Below, in pieces: positions 11,759 through 23,035 of a stretch of 64,000 bases of DNA. The DNA is taken from positions 19,034,001-19,098,000 of the forward strand of contig JBHGNT010000008.1 of assembly GCA_043228905.1 (NCBI GenBank), read 5' to 3'. A program made the position numbers and the translations under genes. The stretch is from Azolla caroliniana (taxonomy: Eukaryota > Plantae > Polypodiophyta). A model generated the notes under the pieces. That model searched no databases. It worked only from the letters and a program-made list of their open reading frames with translations, and was not told the DNA's origin. The stretch's first letter is position 1. Every line of letters starts with the position of its first letter.

Positions 11759-12336
11759 AAGAAAGCTTACTGATACTTCTTGAAGGGAGGATTCCTTTGG
11801 CGACATCCAAAAAGAAGGACAAGAATACCACGTCAAGTGGTGGTAAAGAAAGAAGAGCAAGAGACGCTAATGACCGAATTCCACGAGAGTGCTTGGGCAG
11901 GTCATAGAGGAACATGGGCGACATTCAAAAAGTTGAAGGAGAAGTACTGGTGGCCAAGCATGTACAGAGATGTACTCCATTTCGTGTCCACATGCAAAAC
12001 TTTCCAAATATATTCAAATATACGTCATCGTGATGAGTTACAGCCGACATACCCACTCACCATACACTTCAAATGGATGGTGGATCTGGTCTCGATGCCA
12101 ATGGGAGTGGGACAAATGAAGTACTCAGCACTGGCAAGGGAAGACTTGACAAATCAAGTGGAAGGACGAGCCTTGACAAATAAGACGACTTCAGTCGTTT
12201 GCAAATTTCTGCTTGAAGAGGTTGTTTGCCGATATGGATGTGTAGGGAAGATAGTGGCCAACCGAGGGGAGTCGGCCACTATCTTCACTTTGCATATGTG
12301 TCTCCGATTCGGCTCCGGTAAACCTCAAGTTGACGG

Positions 12337-13339
12337 TGTCGTGTTGTTACGCGCATGCGTGGAGAACAAGGCAGAACCACTGGAGTCTTGGACCGAGGAA
12401 TAGGTGAGAAAAGGGGGGAGAGAGAGAGACACGCTCGCACACGTATAGACAAAGAAGCGCACGGGAATGCGGCCCAACAACACAGGAGGCACAAGTTGAG
12501 CAGGAGATAGAGTATAAGAACACTAGTGCATGTATATAAATATATGTATGTATTTGTATGTATGCAAACGACACGAACGGTTACAACCGATCAAGTCGGC
12601 GAGATGGATGCCGACGCCTGATCACCCACGCACACAGGGGAGCAAGATGGAGATTCTGCCGGAAGCACACGGGTATTCCACGGAGCAGAATCAGCCTCTC
12701 GAGAACCTGCGCAAAAAAAAGCTATGGAGAACGATAGAGAAGAAGAGCTCGATCCCAGTCCGGCAGCACTTCGTCCCCTCTAGCGCGCGATACCTTCTCT
12801 CCCCGTCTCCCTCTCTTTTATAGCTCAAGGAGGGAGGCCGTTTCACCCGTTTACATCACATTAATTCTCTGTCCTTTCGGACAGAGATACTCCTCGATTT
12901 CCCCTATAGAATATTGCTACCTAGGATTTGACTTTTGTGCCTACCTCTGTGTTCATCTATTGTATATTATAACATAGTGATAGTTTGCAGTTTGTGGACT
13001 GCCGTGGTTTTTCCCATGTTTGGGTTTTCCACGTAAACATCCTGTGTATTCTTCTCTTTACTGTGTCGTGCGTACATTACCCGTTTTTCTGTGTTTGATC
13101 CTAGACTCGGTTGTGGCCGAGCATTGTTTTCGGAGCGTGCAGTCCTCACATATATATATATATATATACATACACATACCCTCATTCATCTTGTTTCAAT
13201 CAGTTGCGGTTTTTGTATATTTGTGCGTGCGCGAAGCACGACCTTCGTCTTTCTTGCTCCCTTCCTTCTCTCTTGTTTCTCGGTCCGAGACCCCCGTGGT
13301 CCCGCCTCGTTCTACACGCACGCGCGTAATAACGTGACA
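12337..13339. repeat. Composite of LTR fragments in opposite orientations
   Basis: From 12337 the sequence is the reverse complement of the 9158-9930 LTR family 3' end. 12976-13150 matches the 8211-8390 LTR tail. 13151-13339 is a forward 3' end (...CGCGCGTAATAACGTGACA). Confidence 0.8.
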
Positions 13340-14783
13340 ACGTAAGAGCCATACTCGATCTCCGATGGCAAAAGAGGAGGGAAGCCGATGACGATCTGCA
13401 TAAGTCTTCTATATGTGTTGATCATGACGAAGATGAGAAGATAGATCCATCTTAATCTTCTGTAGCCTCTCCAAATGATCCTTGGCACGAGGATTGGTAG
13501 GTAGCTCCAGAGTATAAGCAAACATAGCAAAGTGGAGGATATTAGCCCAATCGTCCTGTTGATAACTTAGAAAACACCGAAGATATTGTTCCATCATTTG
13601 GTTTGTTCGTTCCGCTTGCCCATTAGTTTGGGGATGATAGCCGGAGGAGAGGTTGCAAGAGACCTTGAGCATCTTGAAGAGATGCTTCCAAAATTTGGAG
13701 ACGAATTGAGGTCCTCGGTCACTGATGATATTGTCTAGGAGGCCATGATGCCGAAAAACCTCACGCATGACAAGGGCGGCGGTTTCCTCACTAGTGATGG
13801 CCTTAGTACAAGGCACAAAATGTGCCATCTTAGTATATCAGTCAATGACGGTTAAGATAGCACCGAAGCCCTTCGAGACTAGAATATCTATGATAAAATC
13901 AAGACAAATGGATTTCCACGGCTTACTTGGAATTGGTAAGGATTCCAACAAGCCATATGGATGATGTCGTAGCATCTTTGCTCGGCAACAAGAATCATAG
14001 GTCCGAACGTAGTCGTCGACAAAATATGGGGCCACCAAAAAGATCGTCGGACTAGATCCAACGTCTTAGTACTAACGAAATGTCCAGTCGTATGGGTGTC
14101 GTGACAATTTTGGAAGATTTGAAGGCGACATGAGCAATTGGGAACATACACGAGCTTTTTAAAGAATAATAAACCATCATGATATTCGAATTTTCGGTAG
14201 TCCATACCTGGTTGTTGAGACTGGGAACAAAATGCTTGAGAGGCATCAATTTGCGCTAGAATGGCTTGAGCAAAACTGTCCATCTTCAAATTCCCACGTA
14301 TGGCATCGATAATACGGGAATCCAATGGAGTGTGAAAAATCCGCGTTGTGTGCAAACGTGTTGGTTCCAAGATTACCTACTTTTGATTATAAAATGCTGG
14401 ATCACCAGGATGAGGTGCAAGATATGAGCGTCGCGATAGTGCATATGATTTTCCTTGTTGCTTCCCCAGCCAATATATGATTTTGAAGTCAAAACGCATG
14501 AGGAATTGGACCCAACGAGCTTGCTGTCGATTTAGTACGCGAGCGTTCTAGAAATAAGCAAGATTTTTGTGATCACTGAAGACGATGACCTGATGAGGAG
14601 AGTGCTTTAAGAAGTGCCACCATTGCACAAACGAATCCACGATGGCTAATAACTCCTTGTCATGTATTTCGTAGTTGATTTCCGCGGCATCAAATTTGCG
14701 CGAGTGGAAAGCCACAGGATGTAACTCTTCTTTATCTCCTTGTCCTGAAAGGATGCTATCGAGGGCGAAATCTGATGCGTCGG

Positions 14784-15285
14784 TAACAATCAGCAATGGT
14801 TCAGTTTGAACCAAACCAAACCGCGAAACCGTGGTTTAACAGCTTAACGGTTTCAACGATTCGGTTCAGTTCAGGTTTAGGTTAAAAAAAATGGTTCAGT
14901 TTGGTTTCGGTTTAGTTTCAACAGTTAAAAACCGTAGTTTAAATGGTTTAACGGGTTTTTTTTTTTTTAATTTTTAAAATTGTTTTTAAACAATTTTTTC
15001 ATTTTTACACCTTATTTTCACATTTTAAGAACATCTTAAAATTTTTAAAAATTCTAAATAATGAAATATTATAAATTTTAAAAAATTAAAAATTTGACCT
15101 ATGTTGAATGCCAAAACCGAACCACGAAACCGCGGTTTTTACGGTTTAATGGTTTAACGGTTTGAAAAATGTTTAACGGTTTCACAATTCAGTTCGGTTC
15201 AAGTTTCAAAATATTTAAACAATTCGGTTCTGAACTGGTTCGGTTTGGACCCTCTCAAACCGAACCAAACCGTTGCCGATTTTTA
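14784..15285. mobile_element. hAT-type MITE (502 bp) inserted in Gypsy RNase H
   Basis: TIRs TAACAATCAGCAATGGTT / AACCGTTGCCGATTTTTA, with AACCG/GGTTT subterminal repeats. 8-bp TSD TGCGTCGG (14776-14783) / TGCATCAG (15286-15293). Confidence 0.85.
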
Positions 15286-18100
15286 TGCATCAGCCTCCAT
15301 GATGAATGGTTTGTTTGTATCCACATGAGCTAGAATACGAGCTGATGGAAAGGCTTTCTTAAGATGCATAAAAGCCATGTCCGCTTCATTGGACCAAAGA
15401 AATGACTGTCCCTTCTTGGTAAGCCGTGTGAGAGGCAAAATAATCTTCGAGTAATCTTGTATAAGCTTGCGATAGAAGTTAGCGAAGCCTAGGAAACATT
15501 GCAGCACACTCGTAATGAACATGGAGTTTGCCACTCTAGCACAATTTTGACTTTAGCTAGATCCATGGAGATGCCTTTTGAGGACATGACGTAGCCTAGA
15601 AATTCCACTTGCTTGCAGTAAAAGCTACATTTTTCTAGTTTGGCATAAAGACCATGCTCTCAAATTCGTTTTAGTACTAATAGTATGTCATGAGAATCAT
15701 GCTCTTCTTGGGTCTTCGAATAAATCAATAGATCATCCAGATAGATGATCAAATAGATATCCAAGAGGTCTTTGAATATATCATTTGCCGTGTGCTGGAA
15801 GACTGTGAATGCATTGGTTAGACCGAACGGCATAACAGTATACTCGAAGTGCCCATATCAGGTGCGAAAAGCGGTCTTCCATTCGTCTCCAGGTCAGATC
15901 CGCACGAGGTTATATGCTCCTTATAAGTCAATTTTTGTAAAAAACTTGGCACCATTTACACGTTCTAAAAGACTTGATATAAGGGGAAGTGCATACCTAT
16001 TCTTGATGGTGACCTTATTCAAGCCGCGGTAATCAATGACGAGACGAAGGGATCCATCTTTCTTCTTGACAAAGAAAATGGGTGCACCGGCTGGAGATTT
16101 CGAATGACGAATAAACCCACTTGCCAAATTCTCCTCTATGTAGGCTCAAAGGACTTCCAACTCGGTTGATGACAAGTTGTAAATCGGTTCCAGAGTGGCT
16201 CTTTTCCTGGTTGTAAATCGATGGGACAATCTTAGGGACGATGATGAGGAAGAGTACCGGCTTTTACCTTATCAAATACATCGGCATAACTTGGATGATA
16301 TTTCGCAGGAAGTTGAACTAAGAATTCCTTCTTAATCGTGCTGGAAGGATGTATTGATATTGCAAATAGAAACATTGACTCTTTGCGTCCTTCTTCGCGT
16401 AATTGATGGAGCGAAATGGTCGAAACTCGATGAGTAGATTCTCAGAGTTGTCGATACCAGACTTCTCTTGTTCTCCAATCTATGTCTGGATTATGTAATT
16501 CAAACCAAGGTAATCCTAGGACAATGGGATGCTCTGGACTACTAATTATATTAAATGATACCACACACACAAAGCTATCTAGGACAACCTGAATGGGTTC
16601 TAACTCTTCTACCATATTACCAGAAGCAATGGGACGACCATCAATGACTACTACAGATGCGGCGCAAGGAAGTTTTCTAAAGGATATTTGAGAAGCTTGG
16701 GCAAAATTCTGATCCATGAAACATGAATTGGCTTCGAAATCTAAAAGTGCTAAGACATGTACTGGAGGGCTACTTTTAGTAATAACCATGACTTGGGCTA
16801 AGAACACATTGCTAACTTGCTTAGAGGGAATGGGACCACTAATGGGTTGCACAAATCTAGGGTTGTCCAACCAAACGGCTCCTATTTTGGCTAGACTTAG
16901 TCGTTTAACTCTTCCTCTAATTGACTAAGGATTTCAAATTTGTTTGAGATACTTGGGCTATAATTACTATTAATACTATTAGATACTCCTAAGGGAATTG
17001 ACTCAGGTTTAGTACAGGCTACGATTTGATTTACCTGTCTTCTTGGCCTATGGGGACAGTTGATTGCGATATGCCCTAGTCCACCGCAATAAAGACATAA
17101 TCGATTTGCACATTGTCGTTGCTTTTCTTCTTCCAATAACGGGCCACTACAACGCATGGTTTCGATTTCCATCGGAGTCGGAGAATTTGCCTGAGATACA
17201 TCTCGTGCAAACGGTTTAGCTGCGACTGAGGCGTATGTGGGCTCTGGCCTAGTTCGTGGTATTTGTAATTGTCGTTTCGAACGTCATTCAAAAAGGCGGT
17301 TGTCACATCGAACCACTTGATGATTACCTCTGTAAGAGATTTTGATTCTTCGGGGAAGGTTAAAAGTAAATCTTTGATGTTGTTTCGCAGGCCGTAGCGA
17401 AACTGCTCCATTAGTGCTTGATCATCCCAGGGGATATCTGAGGCGAGTAGACGGGAATCGCCGTGTAGGCAGAGGCTGGACGATTGCCTTGACGCTATCG
17501 TCGGATCTTGTTGATCACCGTCTTGATGTTGTCGATATCTCCAAAGCAGCCTTTTAACTCGCTACTAAAGTCTTCAAAGTTATTAAGCAAGGGAGATTGT
17601 TTTTCTAAAAGCGGAGCGAACCATGCCAAGGTTGAGCCGTTGAGCAACGTGCCTATTAAGCCTACTCAGGATGCATCAGTGGGGTATCAAGGAGAATGAA
17701 TCTGAATGGCTAAACTTACCTGATTTAGGAATCCTCTAAATTGTGAGTGTGTTCCATCGAATTTCACAAGAAGTCCAATTTTGGGCTCTTTATGAAGTCC
17801 TTGGGGACTTGATCCTTGTTGTTGCTACGCTATGATGGTTGCTTCGAGATGTTGCACACGTAACGCTGACTCCCCATGTTGTTGCTGTGTTTGCTATTTT
17901 TCTAAAGCGATTTGTTGAAGATCCCCTAACAATCGTTGGTTTTCTTGTTCCAATGCAACGAATTTTTCTTTTAGACACTAAAACTCGGAAAAAACGGATT
18001 GATATTCTTGGGCGCTAACATTAGCCGTATTATTGGAAAAAGGGGTAAGAGGATGAGGAAAACCAAAAAGAAGACCAAAGGGAGGAAAATTGGTTCAAAC

Positions 18101-18205
18101 TGTTAGGAATAGTACTAAAACAAAGAGAGAATTAGTACTAGAGAAGGGAAGTACTATTAGTACTAAGAGGACTAACTACGTAAGACTCATGAGAGAGGAA
18201 GAGAG

Positions 18206-18254
<49 letters not shown>

Positions 18255-18472
18255 TGATAACAAATGATATATTATGTGAAGAGTAAATACAAAATAGTTA
18301 TGAGGCTTAAGACTGACGTTGAACCAATTTGGTTCGAGATAATGCCTTGTGCCTCCTTTTATAGTGTTCTCAGGAGTAGTCCTGAAGGTTCTAGAATGTT
18401 CCAGAGAAATCTGGAATATACATTAATTTTCTATAGTAAAACTTAAATGAAAATAATATCAAATGTATTACA
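18101..18472 (-). repeat. 5' LTR of the Tcn1-like element
   Basis: TG...CA termini on minus, TATAAAA at 18363-18357, (CT)n tract, adjacent to the gag leader. Confidence 0.82.
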
Positions 18473-18474
18473 AT

Positions 18475-18951
18475 AGATAATGTAATGGTCAAGAGCTCGA
18501 CCTATATAACATAACGTCATGGGTTCGAGTCTTGCCATATCATGAGATTGGTGTGGCAGGAGTCTATTATAAAATTGCCTTCATCAATTTGGACCCTACA
18601 CAACCCCCTTGAGCTCTCAACATCGAGCAGTAGGTTCGGTGACTCACTGTCCTCATATTCAATGTTCTTTATTTGCCCGTATGTGAAGGTTTTTCCCACT
18701 TGAAGCTTACCCTCACATTCGGACATGCAAATATGAGGAGTAAATCCCCTTCTTCCTCGGTATAAATCAACATCCATTCTACATGGGGGTAGTTCATTAG
18801 GAGAGGCTCAACAAACTTATCGGCTAATGCCCATCACCTGCCGACTCAATCAAAGTTCTTCGAGATTCTTGTTTATTCATGTTGTCGATAGGCTTCTTGG
18901 TCGAGGAGGGAATCTTTAATTTAAAAGATGGAACCTTTTAACGAGGTTCAC
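18475..18951 (-). pseudogene. Unidentified coding exon divergent from the transposase
   Basis: Protein-like ORF 18517-18777, extendable upstream through a frameshift to a TTTGCAG acceptor near 18952. Cut by the Gypsy LTR at 18472. Confidence 0.4.
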
Positions 18952-19425
18952 TGCAAACAACAGGCAATAACATAATCATATGAAAATATTCTAAAAAATG
19001 GATATATAAAACGTTAAAACTAAGAAAAAGTTTATTAAAAACAATAGAAAAGCCTCGAATTTTAATGTAATTTATATTAGAAATACCTAAAAAAATGATA
19101 GTAAACTATCAATAAAATTACTATTTGTAGCACACCAATCACAAAATTGTGTGCTTCCAACGGGAACTCGATGCAGTGCTTTGAGTTCCTGTCTTTTCAA
19201 CATTGAAAGCAACCCTCTTGTAGAAAGCATTTAGGAACTCGATGCACTACATGGAATTCCCGTGAAAGAGGGTTGTTTTCAACGAAATATGATTTTAAAA
19301 AAAGAGAATCTTTTAAGAATCTTTACGGAATCTTAAAAAACAGTTAAAAGGAGATACCTTGTAGTTAAAAAACAGTTAAAAGGAACTATTTTCGACTCAT
19401 TTGATCTTAGTTAGCCTTAGTCGAG

Positions 19426-22197
19426 ATGTCCTCAACATCAAGTAAAAATTCTCTGTTTTCCATTAAGCCTTTTAGATTATCTAATAACTCATTATTCTCT
19501 ACCGAGGAATATAACCATGTAAATATGAAACGGTGTCATGTAGAGTCCAACGATAATGTTGGGCAAAGTTCGAATTCACTTTTTTTGATTGAGCCTTTTA
19601 GCTTAGGTAGACTACAAAATAATAAAGTAGTTACAAATAATGAAGAGTCTAATTTATCTAATGTTGACGAGGATTGTGTCAATAAGCCTCTCAATTTTCG
19701 AAGAGTTCCTCGACAAGTTAGTGTTAAAAGATGCAATTTTTTGTGTTCAGATCGTCAAATTTCATTTGATATAAGCAAGCCATGTTGTGGGAATCTATGT
19801 CTTCCGAAGTTTGGAAAGGTAAACTTGAGGGGGTTGCGGCATAGGAGTATTTGTCACTTAATGGCGACGAACAAGATACTTTTTTGATTTCACATATGCA
19901 ACTTGTTAAGGACCATACAACAAAGTCAACTTCAATGCATGTGGAATATTACCTTTCACTTAGGACGAAGAGTTGTCGAGTTGCTTTCAAGATTGCTTAT
20001 AGCATTGGTAACATGAGGCTCCGGAGAATTCAACATCAATTAGTAAAGGGCTCGTGGGTACCTTTCAACTATAAAGAATCTGGATGTAAGAGTCTAATTG
20101 GGCGTCATGCCGTTAGATGGATGGAGATATATTTCTCGAAGCAATGTGATGTTATCCCAACACTAGAAGATTACATTTGTCAGATAACTTCACTCGTTGT
20201 GAGGGGTACCAGGCGTATAAGGATGACATGTTATTAGAAAGTGTACCTTACATACAATATCGGCATTTTAATTGATTATGGAGATTGAAGTTTAACAATG
20301 TGGTCATACCCCGTAAGGTTCGAATGGGAGTTTGTTCTGTATGTGCAAGTTTAAAAAGCATGGCAAAGAGTGGGACAACAAATGAAGAAATGAAGAATTA
20401 TAAGAATTTATTAAAAGAACATCGAGAAAGTCACTCGTTGGAAAGATCTAAAGCTATGCACCATCGTCAAAAAGTGCTTCAAACACCGGAAAGGTACATG
20501 TGCTTGATTATAGATGGCATGGATCAGAAGAACACTTGTTTGCCACACTTTCAAAGGTTGCCCAAGGATATTGGAGATGAATGCCCAGTGCAGATGCACT
20601 TAGTAGGTTGTCTTGCGTATCGTCAGACAATAAGGCCTCAAGTGTTCCTAACTTATCCAAATATCCACAACGACCCTAATCTTATAGTAACAATCATGCA
20701 GAGAGTTTTACAAACTTGGCAAGGTATTCTCCCACCGGTACTATACATGCAACTAGACAACACGACAAGAGAAAACAAAAACTCGATTGGCACGTTTCGT
20801 TATTTAAGTATGTTAGTAGACAGGGGCATATTCAAAAAGATTAAGGTCAACTTCTTACTAGTTGGTCACACCCATGATCACGTAGATCAAATGTTTAGTA
20901 GGTTCTCCAAGAAATTAGCAAAATGGATGCTTTCACACTTCCTATGCTATCAAAGTTTATCACTAAAGCTTACACCCCAAAGCCAGGTGTACAACATTTA
21001 TGATTTTAAACGCATCTGTGTGGATGGTAATGGGACTCGTTGTAGGGTTCTTGCTCCGCTTAATAATATCAATTTTAACCACATCTTCCTAATCCAAAAA
21101 AGTTTGGTCGATCATAACCAAACGATGTTGTATGCCAAACAATACTCATCTAGTTCGCAATGGGTGCCACAAGACGGATGTAGGCTCTTATTGCATTTTC
21201 CAGATGCAGTAATCTATGGTGCACAACAAATGCCCTATGAAGACCATAAAAGATTGGCTACTGGTAGTTCGATTGAAGAGCAAAAGATATATTGGATGTG
21301 GTGCCTTGAGGAAAAACGCAAAAATATTGAGCGTACCAAAAAGTACGTTGGTGATCAGGATGTGGAATGGTGGGGTAGCTTCTTTACTCATCATCATACG
21401 ATATTAGATAACCACTTTGCGGGTTACTGGTCACTACAAAATCAATTCAAATGAAATATTGGTGGCCCATCAATGACGAGCACGACTCATTTACAACCAC
21501 TAGATAATCCTAAATTGAATAATCTAGTTCATCCACGACAAAGAGATATTTACGTGGGACCAAGAATCTCGCATGTTGCAGAGGCGAGATTGCAAGGCAA
21601 TCTACATGAGCCACAAGTTAGTATGTTGGTTGCAACATTAGCTAGGGGTGATAAGTTGGGCCATCACTTTTGGATTGTTAAAATCACCGAAATTATTAAG
21701 GACAAAGAAGGCAATCAAGTTCAATCCATTGTGGTTCATTGGTATCATACCTCTTCCCCAGAGGCATTTACTGGGAAGTACTCTTTAGAGATGGTTAAGG
21801 ATGTCGGAGGCACAAGCAAAAAGTGGAGAATAAAGAATCTACCCAGCTCGTCTACTTTGACACTTGATAATGTCGACATACTAGTGTATGACTTCTCCAA
21901 GTGACCAAAATAGACCATCTAAGACAGACTACAATGAAGATAATAAAATAGAAGATCCCAGATGTGCCTCCTGACGCAAAATAGAGACAAACAAGGAGTA
22001 TGTCTCATAATCACGGTGATGTTGGATTACAATTCGATGAAGACAATGCATTGGTTGCTCGTGACGATGAGGATGAGACCTCACATTTAAGCTCTTCTAG
22101 TTCATCGAATGGGTCTGAAGGGGAAGGTGTATCTTTGGGAAGTGATAGTTCTAATATTGTATTTTACATCAAGCTGGTGATTCACGAATATGTATAA
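19426..22197 (+). pseudogene. Sola1-like transposase, frameshifted
   Basis: Overlapping ORFs 19426-19887, 19851-20237, 20285-21454, 21473-21904 and 22000-22197. CC-x3-C, CRVAF, CSVC...H; putative catalytic IIDGMDQ, LYMQLDNTTRENKN and FLLVGHTHDHVDQMFS; C-terminal FWIVKI...VVHWY beta domain. Confidence 0.72.
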
Positions 22198-22434
22198 ATA
22201 TAGGGGGTAGCCCTTTTGTAAATTTTGGCCATTCTTTTGTAAGTTTCGCATGTCAATTGTTTAGGCATTTTTGGAAAACCCTAAATATTTGAACATGGTA
22301 TAAATCAATATATTCTGATTCAATTTTCGAAAACCTTTATGCATGCGGTACCCCTTTTTGTGAAACGACCTAGTTTGTGCTTTTTTTTTACGAACAGTTC
22401 TTAAAATGTGACATATTACTTGTTTCAAATGACC

Positions 22435-23035
22435 CGGTGTTAAGGCCAGATTAGTAGCTAAGGGCTTCCAACAAGAATATGGTGTCGACTTCGACGAGAT
22501 CTTTTCACATGTGGTGAAAATGACAACTCTTGGATTTCTACTCGGCGTAGTGGCAGCAGAGGACTAGGAGCTAATCCAGCTAGATGTAAAAACATCCTTA
22601 CTCCATGGCGATCTAGAGGAGGAAATTTATATGGAGCAGCCAGGAACATCTAGTTTGCTGACTCAAGAAGAGTCTATACGGCCTAAAGCAGGCACCAAGA
22701 CAGTGGTACAAGAAGTTCGACAACTTCATCCAATCAGTCGGCTTCTCAAAGAGCGATGAGGACCACTATCTCTTCACCAAAACAACTCGAGATGGGTCTC
22801 CCATCTTCCTCATCATCTAAGTGGACTACATGCTACCCTCCAGTCGACATGACGGGCAACTCGCAGAACTTGTTCAGCAATTGCGGTTCAAGTTTGCATG
22901 AAGAACCTCGGTCCGGCAAGACACATTCTCGGGATGAAGATAAGTCGGACTCGAAATTGACGACAATTGTTTCTGTCTCAAACCGACTATATTGGATGTG
23001 TCTTAGAACGTTTCAACATGCAATAGGCCAAATCT
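22435..23035 (+). pseudogene. Copia reverse transcriptase fragment (Tnt1-like)
   Basis: [62 protein letters not shown]. Stops and deletions present. Confidence 0.9.

Larger units (their letters stand above)
10677..12286 (+). mobile_element. Gypsy element C remnant: 5' LTR, tRNA-Trp PBS and integrase fragment
   Basis: LTR 10677-11720 with perfect 12-bp inverted ends TGTCGTGAAGAT...ATCTTCACGACA. PBS at 11729. Integrase zinc finger and core (HESAWAGHRG...WW...C, VDLV, EDLT, CRYG) at ~11780-12270. Confidence 0.87.
13340..18472 (-). mobile_element. Ty3/Gypsy, Tcn1/Tf1-like chromovirus-type element, decayed and 3'-truncated
   Basis: Minus strand: LTR 18472-18101 (TGTAATA...CCTAACA), gag with CLYCGGLGHIAINC, protease ALLD(FE)A, RT ([22 protein letters not shown]), RNase H ([18 protein letters not shown]), integrase (SDRGPQF, HPQTNGQAER). 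Many frameshifts. Confidence 0.9.
18473..22434 (+). mobile_element. Sola1-like DDD DNA transposon, decayed; left end lost
   Basis: Transposase motifs (next feature). Right border at ~22434 where Copia RT sequence begins. No partner TIR found in the window. Confidence 0.6.
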
